Shown here: positions 1 through 14,002 of the stretch, in pieces
How positions within the stretch are numbered: position 1 is the first letter of the stretch
Layout of the letters: each line of letters begins with the position of its first letter
Source: Octopus bimaculoides
Taxonomy: Eukaryota
Assembly (NCBI RefSeq): GCF_001194135.2
Contig: NC_068993.1
Coordinates: 64,497,819-64,561,818 of the forward strand
Direction of reading: 5' to 3'
Length of the DNA: 64,000 nt
The notes under the pieces: generated by a model
Told to the model about the DNA's origin: nothing
Databases searched by the model: none
What the model saw: the letters and a program-made list of their open reading frames with translations, nothing else
Position numbers and translations under genes: made by a program

Positions 1-115
1 TTCGTCAGTTATGTCATTTGGAGACCTTAGCAAAAAGTTTCGACAAAGAAACTCGCGAATTTTTCGATAAGAAACTTTAATGTTTTAAGACTCTACTATC
101 TTGAATAGAAGTGTT

Positions 116-409
116 TCACGATTTACGAGGAACTAATTTAATAATGACGGTGGTATACTTGCTGTTGTTGATTATGATGTTGATAATGTTCACGTTGATG
201 ATCTGATGATAGATTTGTTGATGTTGCTGCTGATGATAGTGAATTTGTTGCAGCTGCTGCTGCTGTTGATGATGATGATGATGGCATTTTATATACTGGA
301 GTCTTTTTATTATTATTAATAATATTATTATTATTATCATCATTGCTGTTGTTGTTGTTGCCATCACTGTTCTTATAATAAATGTTTTCTTGTTCTTACA
401 AGTCGCCAT
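116..409 (-). other. His/Gln/Asn-rich low-complexity segment with short ORFs, possible gene leader or exon
   Basis: Start context AACAAAATGGCG at 409. Degenerate CAN/AAT triplets give a 97-aa ORF and a 50-aa ORF in another frame. No recognisable domain. Confidence 0.2.
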
Positions 410-941
410 TTTGTTTCTCTGTTGAATATTTCTCAGTTTTTTTAGTCTTCTTTTGTTTCAGGTTATTTCGTACAGACAGTATTCAGGATTTGTAGATTTT
501 ATTGATGTTAATATTTTCAAACTTGTGGGTTGACTAATTGAAACAAAGACACTTTCATTATCGTTTTGTACTTTTTAATTTTGTTTTCCCCACATATTGT
601 TCACTGCATTTGCTAGCGTAACAAGTTGTTTGTTCATCACTAGACTTCGTATTTGTGTGTTTATCAATATTTCATTTTCATTGTATTCGTTTGTGTATAA
701 TTTTTTTTATTATCTTTAATCTCCCTGTTGATACAGAGATTCATGTCTACATTAACCCAGCCACACGTTCCCACCTCTCCCACCTTTCTCCTTTTCTCTC
801 TGCATATAATACATATATACATACACAAACATACATATGTGTGTGTATATTTGTGTGTATATATGTGTGTGTGCGTGTGTGTGTGTATATGTATACGTAT
901 ATATGTATATATATGTATGTGTGTGTATGTATATGTATACG

Positions 942-985
<44 letters not shown>

Positions 986-1508
986 ACTCAGTAACAACAA
1001 CCCGACTTTACGCTATTTCCACTCGACTGGTTTTTCTCTGCCAGCTCTGTCTGTGTTCGGTCTGGCCTTGCACAGAGGCGACTCGAACTCTCGTCACCGT
1101 TCGGACCAGGAATTAATTTCCTCTTTCCACACCTCAGTACCTCACGGTGTACATTCATCGCCCTTTTCATTCATATCTCTCCTTTAAACATACACATATC
1201 ACCTCACCATTTCTACTGCACGCACACCTACTCTACGCCTTTGAACACATTTATTACTCAACACCACACACACACCAACACATTGAAACAGAATATATAC
1301 GTAAACTTACACACGCGTGCATTTCTCTTCCTACTTCACCCTCACTAGCACTGTCACGTCCATTCCAGCTCCTCTTCACACTTAACAACGACTACCTCTA
1401 TTGCAGCCAAAACACATAACATCCTTATACATGCGTGCGTATACACACATATACACATGCATAATCATACACAATATACAGGCACGTAATACCTTCATAT
1501 ACATACAC

Positions 1509-1561
<53 letters not shown>

Positions 1562-1669
1562 GTAAGCAGAGTCAGCGGTTATAGTAAGCGACTAAAGGAT
1601 AAAAATATCCATATTAACTATCGGTATCAGTTACCTGTGCTATCCCCGGGCATAGGTATACAGGCACAC

Positions 1670-1900
1670 TATGCTCGTAGGGTACAGGTAACAACAGAGG
1701 AAACAAAAGTTTATCAGGGTTCATGTTTAAATAATCAGAAAATAGAGAAAACTTTTGATCAACAAGCAAATTGGACCACATCTGCAAATGACTTTTTTAA
1801 TACAAAACATGACATAACATTTCCGAGATTTAACAATTCTTACAGCCGTTTCCGCTTCCAATGCCAACCGGTGTTTACGAAAAAATTACAAAAATAATAC
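1670..1900 (+). pseudogene. Possible GIY-YIG endonuclease remnant of a Penelope-like element
   Basis: VQVTTEETKVYQGSC resembles the 'V.T...K.YIGS' YIG strand and QCQPVFTKKL resembles the 'C.LCL.EKL' motif. Similarity judged by eye only. Confidence 0.3.
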
Positions 1901-2103
1901 TCGTCATCTTCATAGCACATTCGATCAAGTACATGGAGCGTCATCAGAGTGAATACGAATACGTAAAACTATAATTCGGAGTGGCAGAAGAGAATAAGAA
2001 AGCGGGGTATAAAGATGGTAGTATAGCTACATTTAGTTCGAGCTGTGCGGATAATACCGAACTGACTTGGTGCCTTGACTTAAGTACCTAATTCAACTGA
2101 ATC

Positions 2104-2140
<37 letters not shown>

Positions 2141-2154
2141 GTGTATATAATGTA

Positions 2155-2197
<43 letters not shown>

Positions 2198-2571
2198 NNN
2201 NNNNNNNNNNNNNNNNNNNNNNNNNNNNNNNNNNNNNNNNNNNNNNNNNNNNNNNNNNNNNNNNNNNNNNNNNNNNNNNNNNNNNNNNNNNNNNNNNNNN
2301 NNNNNNNNNNNNNNNNNNNNNNNNNNNNNNNNNNNNNNNNNNNNNNNNNNNNNNNNNNNNNNNNNNNNNNNNNNNNNNNNNNNNNNNNNNNNNNNNNNNN
2401 NNNNNNNNNNNNNNNNNNNNNNNNNNNNNNNNNNNNNNNNNNNNNNNNNNNNNNNNNNNNNNNNNNNNNNNNNNNNNNNNNNNNNNNNNNNNNNNNNNNN
2501 NNNNNNNNNNNNNNNNNNNNNNNNNNNNNNNNNNNNNNNNNNNNNNNNNNNNNNNNNNNNNNNNNNNNNNN

Positions 2572-2610
<39 letters not shown>

Positions 2611-2643
2611 TATATATATATAATATAATGTGTATATAATGTA

Positions 2644-2674
<31 letters not shown>

Positions 2675-4451
2675 CTATATATATATATATAATATAATGT
2701 GTATATAATGTAATATAAATAAATATATATATATATATATATATATACGTCTGCAAACATATATATACGCACACTATATACACACGAACCTGCTTACACA
2801 CACTCACTTACATCGAATAACATTGTACACACATACGCATACGTTAGGTAGCTTCACACGCATAAACAGAAAACATTGACACATATTTACGCACGCATAC
2901 ACACATGTCCATGCGCATAGACACACATTACCTTCATACACACACGTGCGCTTCTTCTCACAACCACGTATGCTAGGTAGACATTTGTGACCCCCCCCCC
3001 CTTATCACTCACGCCTCAATTTAAATCTCGCAGTTATCCCCCGTGCCACTCACACCTCTGGCAACCTCTTCATCATCCGGTCATTTCAGCATGCGGCAAC
3101 ACTGTAATTGAGACACGTTTCTTCATTTCTCTCTCCAGTCTTTTTTCTCTTCGTTTATTCTTCCTGAAGTAGACTTTTCTCTGTATTTTTCCTGGGCGTA
3201 GGCTCAATAAACTCGATTTTTGTGATGTTTTTACTCCGTCTTTGTATCAAAAAAAAAATGTTACTCCATACATACGTATATAAAGAAATGAATATATAGG
3301 TAGATTAACTGATAGATAGACAGACAGACAGGCAGACACACTGATAGATAGTTACATAGATAGAAAATGGAATGAAAAATATACTTTATCAAAAAATCAT
3401 TACTATTGTTTCTACGCATTTTTACAACTTAGAATATTGGTAAGGTATTGTGCAATGATTATCATAGATCCAAGGTGTAAAATGCGCCTCCTCAGGTCCT
3501 TCGTTAGATCCCCTTGTCATTTCACTCGTTGTAAGAATGCATACGCAAAGTGATGCGTCATTTTCAACAGTTTACTGACAAAACTGAACCAATGGATATA
3601 GTGACAGAAAATACAATCAAAATACAACATACAGAAATAAAGAAACAAACAAAAGAAAAGAAGAAGGTCAGGTTGACAATAAATTACCATTCAATCTTGT
3701 CAGATTATAAGGAAGAAGGTTGTAAATAGACCGAAGGATGAAATGAAGAATGAAATTGAGCATTTAGAGATAATAAAGTGATAAAGTGGTGATGGCTGAC
3801 CATTGCGGTTTCTAAATATATCTGTGTCTCTTTAAAAGATCTAAATTATCCTTCTTTTCTTAATTCTAATCTGAACATTGAAACGTAAAGATATGTCGAA
3901 GCAATTGTTCTGATTTTAGTTAAAGAATTCCGTTCATACCATTTTCTAACATTTGTCTCTATTTACATAAATTCTACGGATTCTATAAAATTCCTGATGG
4001 ATATTCAGTAACAGGAGTTTTTCTATTATCTGGTAACATCAGGTTGCTAATAACTGTGGACGTGCTTTGCATAGCATTCTACAAAGCTTTTACCTGAATT
4101 TTATTTTAAAATGTGTGTGCGTGCGTGCGTATGTGTGTGTGTGTGTGTGTGTCTGTGTGTGTGCACACGCATGTGTGTGTCTGGGCGTGTGTGTATGCAT
4201 ATATGTTTCTATGTGTTTTTGTGCGAGGCAGTAAGAGAGACGGATATGTATATTAATGATTCTATACTTATGCGACCACCTTAGCACACAAGCACACATA
4301 TATAAACGTGTGCGTGCGTGCGTGCGTGGATTTGCAGTTGTGTGCGAAGTTGTGACTGTGCATTGGTATGTTATACAGTCATTCCATAAGTTTTTGACAA
4401 TTGCATTAGAATGTCAAATATATATCTAAAGACATCTAGTTACCTATATAT

Positions 4452-4547
<96 letters not shown>

Positions 4548-4688
4548 AGAGAGAGAGAGGTACATCTACATATATACTCAAATATATATGCATAAGTTCG
4601 CTCACCATAATATAAACACATGTCAGGCACTAAGCTACTAATAATAAAATGAAACGAAATTAAATTTTAAATGTCGTCTCGAATACAT

Positions 4689-4736
<48 letters not shown>

Positions 4737-7700
4737 GTATGTATGTATGTATGTATGTATATATCAACGGTTACAAAAGACATCCTATCACAAAGACATA
4801 CAATAAAATATAAAACACAAAATGTTTGCAGTTAATTCCGCCACATTGTTGACAATGGCCTGTAGCAATGGAAGGCGTACGTCAAATTGTTTTGCAATAT
4901 CAGTCATATATTAATTTCAAAATATAATAGTTGTTGATCTCAGGAAATAATATTCTTCGCCAGCCCAAATTTTATTGCAGTTCATATTATTATTATTGTT
5001 GTTGTTGTTGTTGTTGTTATTATTATTATTATTTTTATTAGACATGAATCTATTGAAATTTATTATTAAATTCGCTTAATTTCAAAAATATAATAATGAT
5101 TTGTTTTTTGAAACAATATCAAGTTATCCGGAATTTTAGTTCGTTTTTTGTTTTGTTTGTTTTTTGGTTTCTTTTTCTGAAATTTTTTTTCAAGATTTAT
5201 TTTGCTGTATCGTAACAAGCTAAATAACATAATTTATACGTCTTATATAGAATTAAAACTTAATAATCTAAATATATTTTTCCTTCCTCCTAGCTATCCA
5301 CCTCACTCCTACGACGGCATGCCACTGAACTTCTTGTTTGTGCTCTTACTTTCACGTAGACAGCAGCAATGTTCACGATTTCAAACAACGTTTACAGCTA
5401 CGTTCGAGAATAGTTAAAAATTTACTAACAATAATAGCTTAATAGTTCAACTAATTGTGTTGAATATTTAATCTGCAGTCATTTCTCAATGTTTTCCCCT
5501 GTAAGGAAATCAGCATTATTCATTTGACTTGACGCTTGCATTCAATTTGCTAGACATAGCCACTAAATTTATCTCAACACTCTTCCTATCATCTTTAAAT
5601 ACAATAAAACATCGATGTGCTTTTGGAATATTTCACTTCTTTTAAGGCGAAATTGCTAAACCCTCGATAAAATATCTATCGATCACCTAGAACGTAATGC
5701 TAAGTTGGTCTCAGCAAAATCTAAATTCAAAACCGCTTGAGCCGCAATAAATAACAGACTCTCTTAAAAATTTTCCAATTCACTACTTTACTGTACTTCA
5801 CGATATTCTTATAATGGTCACAACTGGAACGCCTTTTATAAATCTGCTCAGTTGGCTTTCATGCACATGGGGCTAAACTGCAGCAACATAGGGGTTAAGT
5901 TAAATTGCAAAGAGAACTTGTTAATCAAACAGCGATGCCTCTACCAACAAATACGGATTATGCCGTTTTAGAAATCACTGAAATTCTTTGAGAAACCATA
6001 AACTGAGTTTTGTGCATCGTACAAATGATCAGTTTCCAATTCGTACGACACAGAACAACGAGGTTATTTTTTGGCAAGTCGGATTTCTCTTGACAAATAT
6101 ATCCCAAATTGTCACTCTACATGTTAAAGAGCGGGCTCACTCGGCACTGCTACATTCCCATTAACTTATTTTTATTTCATTTGGATTTCGGTGTTTTCTC
6201 CCTTGATTGCCTTAGAATTAATTATCAAAACGAGTATTTCCTTCTCCTCGGTATAGATGTTATCTTAGACAACTAACATTTGGAGCAAGTTGCAATAAAT
6301 GAAGAATTTTGCTATAAGAAGAGTGTGTCCATATGAAATGATCTTTTTGAATTACATTTTAGTAACAGTTAGCGATTTGTGTGAGTTGATTCCTCATAAT
6401 AATGGGAACAGTTGAGAGACGGTCCCTTATTATCTATACCTTTTCGACTCATTTGAAATTTCATTTTAGATCCGATGAGATACACAAAGCCAATTTCTTT
6501 TTATATTGAATGCAATAATTAACTAAGAAGTTTTGCATCCTCAAAAACCATTAAGTTTGCGACGAGTTGAGAGTAATGCACTTGTGTCTAGGACACAAAT
6601 AAAACATTATATTATTTATATGTCGTGAAAAGTGAACAGTTCTTGCTAGTTTCTTGTATATGTAGTTGGAGTTTACGTCAACCGAGAAACTCGGTGCCTC
6701 TACAATGCGTGTGCAGAAAGCTGGCACATGTGCCGCAAAATGTTCGATCCACTACTGTAACATTTCTGTCAATTCGCCAAGATATAAAATAAAATATTCT
6801 CTAGAGTTTTTTACAATTTTGTATTTTCAGCGCTCTGTCACACACACACATACACACGAGCGAGCGCTCACAGAGTCGTACGTATATATTCGGTGAAAAT
6901 CTGGAATATGGCTAAAATGATCATTCTTAGCGATGTATAAACTGACAACACTTTATAAAATATACTTAAAGATAATTATTATTTGATGCAGAACCGATAT
7001 CCATAATCCAACAACTGAATCGGTTATTGGAGTGTCTATGTGTGATCTTGTTATTCCACTTGGAATATATCCTCCAAATCTCCTAAAGCTGAAATTATAA
7101 AATATATGCATTTTCAAGTGTTTCTTGATGGCAGCGTCTTTGAGGTTAAAAACTGATAAATGAGATAATCAATCAATTGAATTTACTAGGAAAATATTGA
7201 TTTTCTAACAACCGTTAATCTTTTGCAGCGCATTGTTTACAGCAAGTCTTTCGCAAAACAGACTCAAGGATCTTCAAACATGAAGGTGTGCGAAAGTTAT
7301 GTAATTATAATACGTACAATAATGGCTGGAACGGCTGGTTCATCATAGGTTCGCTTAATCAGACTTGGTAAAAGGCAAAAGATGAATTACAATTTTTCTG
7401 TGCAGAAAACACAAAGTCAGATAGGGTGACCCGAGACATGTTTCCAATACTGCTGCAAGAATAACACGGAATGCGAAGGTCATTTCTTTCTTTAAGAACA
7501 GTGTTTCAACCTGCTCAATACACATCCATTTTGATATATATATATATNNNNNNNNNNNNNNNNNNNNNNNNNNNNNNNNNNNNNNNNNNNNNNNNNNNNN
7601 NNNNNNNNNNNNNNNNNNNNNNNNNNNNNNNNNNNNNNNNNNNNNNNNNNNNNNNNNNNNNNNNNNNNNNNNNNNNNNNNNNNNNNNNNNNNNNNNNNNN

Positions 7701-8021
7701 NNNNNNNNNNNNNNNNNNNNNNNNNNNNNNNNNNNNNNNNNNNNNNNNNNNNNNNNNNNNNNNNNNNNNNNNNNNNNNNNNNNNNNNNNNNNNNNNNNNN
7801 NNNNNNNNNNNNNNNNNNNNNNNNNNNNNNNNNNNNNNNNNNNNNNNNNNNNNNNNNNNNNNNNNNNNNNNNNNNNNNNNNNNNNNNNNNNNNNNNNNNN
7901 NNNNNNNNNNNNNNNNNNNNNNNNNNNNNNNNNNNNNNNNNNNNNNNNNNNNNNNNNNNNNNNNNNNNNNNNNNNNNNNNNNNNNNNNNNNNNNNNNNNN
8001 NNNNNNNNNNNNNNNNNNNNN

Positions 8022-8093
<72 letters not shown>

Positions 8094-9005
8094 AATATTC
8101 TTCAATGGACTAAAATCAGAGTAAACCAAAGACTGGAAGCATGTAGTTTTACTAGAATTTACCTAACTCTTCTCGCATGTATGCATTGGCACGTATACAA
8201 AACATACACACGCATACATACACACGTATCAGTATGAATGAACATGTATAAGTGTGTGTACATATGTGTATAGGAACCTGATATATTAATGTGCGTGGTG
8301 CAGTGACAACGGATTCGTTTTCATTGCTTCTGTTAAGTGAAAAATATACATACATATACACGCATATCCACATATATACATACATAGTTATATATGCACA
8401 TATGTACACACACACTCATATATATACAAACATTGATTATATACATGTATATGCATAGATACATTATGTATGTATGTATGTATGTATGTATGTATGCACG
8501 TATGTATGCAAGCATATACATATATGCATTGCTATATCTATGTATTTAAGCGTTTCGAAAAAAAGATTGAAGGAATATAGGCAATGAATCATATTAAGAA
8601 AGAGAAAAGCGATTTCTCGCTAATTTGTCTTTGTATTGTCATTATAGCGCAAGCAGTTGTTGTAGTTGAACAATGTAACGATAGACAGGAAGTCTACGCT
8701 GGTGATATGTTCCAATAAATTTCACTTAAAACCAGCTAACAATGCTCCTTGTTTTGACTTCAATATTTTCTAACATATTAAATAGATATGTGATTATTGA
8801 TTTACCTCTTTCGTTGGAAATAGTGAGAAATTTAATTATGGGAAACATAAATGGTCTAATGCTTTGTCAGTAATGGCTACTTTACTGGGAAGGCAAAGAA
8901 AAAATGAAAACAACTAGAAAAAGGTTAAATTTAATTAGCGATAATACATACGCACATATATGCATATACATAAAAACATATATGCATATATCTATGTATA
9001 TATTT

Positions 9006-9097
<92 letters not shown>

Positions 9098-9718
9098 GTA
9101 TATCTATATAATGTATATATATACGTATATATACACACATACACACAAACGAAGACATGTATATGTGTGTGCGGGTGGGTGAGTGAGTGAGTGAGTGTCT
9201 GTCCAGAGAGTGGGAGAGAGAGCGGAGTGTAAGTGCGGGTATAAAAACTGATATGACAAAAATTCTGATTCAAAAGCGATGTTAGCCAAAAAGAGTGTGG
9301 TGTGTGGAAGGGAGGTCCATGTAGAACGGAATATTAAATACATTACACGTTGTTCTGACAATTTTCATGACATTTTTCGCCATTGTTTTTATACAACCGT
9401 CACAAGTAAAGCAAAAAAAAATACATAGGTAAATGAATATTGTTCACATATTCCCAGCAATATCTTTACATGGTGTTATAAATATTCAATAGGAAAACCA
9501 AATTCGGAACCACCTGGGAATCGAACCATTGTTTATTTGCTTGTCATAACTATACATAATAATATTACAAATTTAGTGCTTAAATCAGTAGAAAATAAAT
9601 TAATAGTTCTTAAACTGCATTCAATAAGGATTCAGCCAACCAGTCATTGGTTAACTAAAAAGATACGCCTACACACACACGCGCGCGCGCACGCACACGC
9701 ACACGCACACACGCACAC

Positions 9719-9751
<33 letters not shown>

Positions 9752-10972
9752 AGAGCACGCACACAAGAACACACACAACTCCTCAATAGTATCTTACATA
9801 TTTACACACACTTACATGGAGAACGTGTGTGTGTGTGGCATCTTCATACACACATATGGTTATAATTATATAAATATATATACAGGAATGTGTTACTCTT
9901 TATTCCGTAGCTACAGTATGGCTCGCTACCCAATCGTGAGGTCCCACTTTCGATCCCACACGCTGAAATCTCGGGCCTTTATCATTTTCTACAACTCCGA
10001 ATCAGGCCGCAATTTGTCAGTGAAACTGGGCTAATAGAAACTGTACTGAATCCCGTACTGTGTATTGTTTCTATACTTATATATGTTCAGCTTTGTCCCA
10101 TACCGTTTCACGCTTATTCTTCTTAACAATTGCATTAAGACACACATATCTCTGGAATACTCAACCAATGTATGCATCAATTCATGGAATTCACTCTCAC
10201 CATTATGGTTTAATAACTTATTCAATGCCAAATTTTTATATTTCTCTTTTCACACCTTAGTTTTCGGAAGGCTATGAACGTTAGATTCAACGTAGACCTT
10301 GACCGTCAGCTTCCGATACAATTCTACAGAACCTCTGTTTCAGAAAAGTAATCATCCGTTATAAACTCATATGACGCATTTAACTCCCTTGCCTGTCAGT
10401 TACCATCTACGGCCATCTTGCTTTCTGTTATTGGAGTTATTTTGTATTTTTGTTGTCGCTTTCTTGTTTACATTTATTATATTCTCGTTCAGGTTGTTTA
10501 CGGTTTGTTTTCTTAAAGACAAATTTTGTACAGGCTGCCTTAAATATATATTCTCTTAAAGACATATTAACAACAGAGGCATAACAAGGACACAATATGT
10601 AGTTAAGTAGTGCTTCTATCACGAACAGCTGAAGAGCCACTCTCTGCAGATATTAAATTCCTGCCTAAAATGTGAGATACAGACGAAAGTCACATGTCTT
10701 CCATTTCCACTTTTTAACGCGTCCATATCAACCCTAATTACCAGTGCTAACTTACGGAACATATTATTGGAATTGATAGGTTCGGCATTTTTTCCTTCGT
10801 CTAATTCCATTACAGTCAGATTGAATTGGTAGAAAGAATTTGATGCTTTCAAGGTTGCCAACGTGTATTTATGCATCATTCTGTTTTTTAGGAGAACGAG
10901 GATTATCTAACTAATATCGCCCTGGACATCAAATCCAGAGTGGCTGCTTGTCGTCGCTTCTTCCTGGAGCCT

Positions 10973-10986
10973 GTTGCCATAGAAAC
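10973..10986. promoter_or_regulatory. RFX X-box motif match
   Basis: GTTGCCATAGAAAC, reverse complement GTTTCTATGGCAAC, fits GTHNYY-AT-RRNAAC. Motif match only, function unknown. Confidence 0.35.
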
Positions 10987-12461
10987 CCGTATTATTTAAC
11001 ATTATAAACAGTGGCAGTGCTATAAAACAGACGAGTGATTCGGATAATTTTTTTGTTTTATAGTTTTCCGCTTTTGCAACGTTATGTTATTCCAAAGAAA
11101 GTTTTTTGAGTGGACCTCTACGTAGTCGCTTGACTTGCTAGAAATAGAAAATATATCTCCCTCAAATCACACATACTTTTGTCTTGGAGAAAATAAAGAT
11201 TCATTAATAATATCTTTCTAGAGGTCTATAGAACACGATGGCTTCGATTGAATGGCTTCGATTATGATTCAGCTGTTTGAAGGCTCCTCTGTAACTTAAA
11301 ATAACTGGAGTTTGTCTTATAAAATATTTCAAAATTCTTCAGTTCTGCATCGATGCTCTGCTAGTATTTTAGCGGGGCTTCAACATGGTATTAGCTGGGA
11401 TGGTAAAAACAAAGGAAATACTGAATTATGCTCAATGTATCATTTATTTACTGGCACGCTATCTAATTGGAGTAAGAGAATCTGATAGATCACCAAATTC
11501 TACCTTTAACTCCTAACTCCTCTATTTTTTCGGTATTCCATATGTAGTTGCTCTTGTGTCCACTGTTCAGTACCAGGCAATGATGTCTGCGCAACATCTG
11601 TCTTAAAATCTTTGGTTCTGTCTAGATTAAAGGCAAAATTGTCAGAGGTTCAAATAAAATCCTTTGCGATATCTGTTCTGGCTCTCTCCGTTAAGACCAA
11701 CTTTGCTATTTATTTATTCGATGTCACTAAGTAAATTCTCAATGTATTGCGATGAGTTGTCAAAGAACGTGTCAAGAGGTATAATTCCTGACTCTTTAAG
11801 TTCTGACGGCAACGTCTACATGTCTGTAGTTCTAGGCTACATCGGCTTTTTTTATCTACCATTTGATGGGCATTTATGGAGTGGTTAAAGGGATCTTATA
11901 AGCATAGATAACTACTAGGCTTCCTTGAAAAAGACCTTATTCCAAAAGTTGTTCGAAGAGGAAAGTTGCAGGAGCAGAACCATAGCCTCGTGAGGCATAT
12001 AAACCCTCTGAATATCGTCTGACTTGTAACAGTCTGCCTTAAAAGCCGCTGGAATATCTCTTTTCCTTTCGTTTCATATGGAATAACAAGCATTTGTGAT
12101 TGTAAAACCTGTTCAAGAAATTCTTTTGGTAGACGAGTCCTTTGTCCCACTATCAATTATTGTTGTCATTTTGAATTATGTTAATTTTCTTTTTTACTTT
12201 TTTTATATATCTCCACATTCTCTTCAAATCGTACTTCATCCGTTTTGATTTCGTTTTTATTGCACCCAGAAAGTAACCAACAGTAATTGTTTTAACCTGA
12301 CTTTCTTCCTAGCCACTCCCTCTCTAAATTCATATTGTGGGTGGGATTGTGTGTAGATGTATGCATAATTTCTCTATTGAATGTATGGTGGCCAAGCATA
12401 CATTCCTTTCCTATATGTATACACACACTAATACACAGACAAATCCATCTGTATATATACA

Positions 12462-12522
<61 letters not shown>

Positions 12523-13698
12523 TGTACAGACTGATAAGATACCTCGGTGTAGCTGACACGTGTACTTCCCGGTCCGATCTTTCTTTTCCTTCTTTTTCTT
12601 ACTCAAACTCTCTTTCATTCCTTTTTCAGCATAACAAACTCATTCATTTATTCATTATACTCTTCTCCCTTGTTTTAATCTTTGCTTTATTTTTTTTCTG
12701 TCTTGTTCTGTATTCTTAACTTCTAAAACGATTTCTGCTTGGAATGCCTCCACTGGTGCAAATTTTAGAACTATTTCCCTTAAACATTGCAATGTAATTC
12801 GCTCCCTTCTAGTTAGTGTTTTCTGGCTTAAATTTTATTGGCCTAAAGATGCCATTCGTTTTAAAACGACATAACTCACTGTCCAATAAATTTTAAATGT
12901 TTATTTCATAATTTACTCAATAATTGTCTCTGTTATGAACACTTGTAAATCACTGTTTCCAAGTTTCATTTGTAGCTGATGAGTGTTTACGTGAAACTAA
13001 GTTTCTGACGTTTTTTCAGCTTCAATAGAAGAATGTTTGTGTGTTTGTGTGTGTGTGTGCTTAAGTGTATGTGTGTATGCGTGTGCGTGTTTGTGCACTC
13101 ACTTGTATATGTATAAATATATCTTATCATTGATTTCAGCATCAGTGTTAACGTCCTGAAACATGCTCTACCAGAGCCGCCTCACCCTCATTTTTCTTCT
13201 GTGATACGTTGGTTATATTCGGAAGACAATGATACACCTAAGTGGTGTCTCATGCCCCATAGCGCAGCTGATTCAGGGGTGGGGCAGCACGGGGTCGACA
13301 CAAAATTTTGTGTGATATTCTATTTCTTCCAAGGTCAAATTTGACTTTAGTTTGATTCGAATTCAGAATATAAGCATTCACAACAAATGCCAAATCATTT
13401 CGTCTTACGCACTGACGGTTTCGTCCGTTGACTGCCCTATCATTGATTTCCCGTCGCTTATAATGTGATCTCATCTACAAATATTACAGTTGATAAATGA
13501 TAAATGTTACATTTGATGGACTTCTAGATACCGTTTGATTAACTTCGCTGTTTTTCCTATACTTTCTCTAAGTACGAAGATATTACAGCAAAATTTACTA
13601 TTGACGGCGATGAAAATCGTTGGCTTATCTCAATTTCAGAAGCGTATACACATTATCTATCTCTGTCGTTCCTAGACATATTTGCAGACATACATGCA

Positions 13699-13764
<66 letters not shown>

Positions 13765-13965
13765 CACATACAATATTTTCATTCATTATAATTTGCAAAC
13801 TAAGAAATTTGTTGTCCTTTATAGTTTAATGTGAGTCCACTTTAAACAGATCTTTCATCAAGCAATCCAACCGTGACATTACCGTCTTTTTTCTGTGTGC
13901 AATAAACTCTGAATTAGGTTATCGAATGCGTCTTTTCGTAAGATGTGTTTCTAGCGTATGTATGT

Positions 13966-14002
<37 letters not shown>

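Noticed and set aside
1925-1950. CTGATGA on the minus strand just after the putative GIY-YIG relic
   Set aside because: Followed by GAAT rather than GAAA, with no stem II or stem I pairing.
9500-9960. B-box-like GGTTCGATTCC (minus, about 9515) and TTCGATCCC (about 9949) as tRNA genes
   Set aside because: No cloverleaf or acceptor stem. At most SINE head relics.
13400-13445. GGACGAAAC on the minus strand, resembling a hammerhead half
   Set aside because: No CUGANGA upstream.
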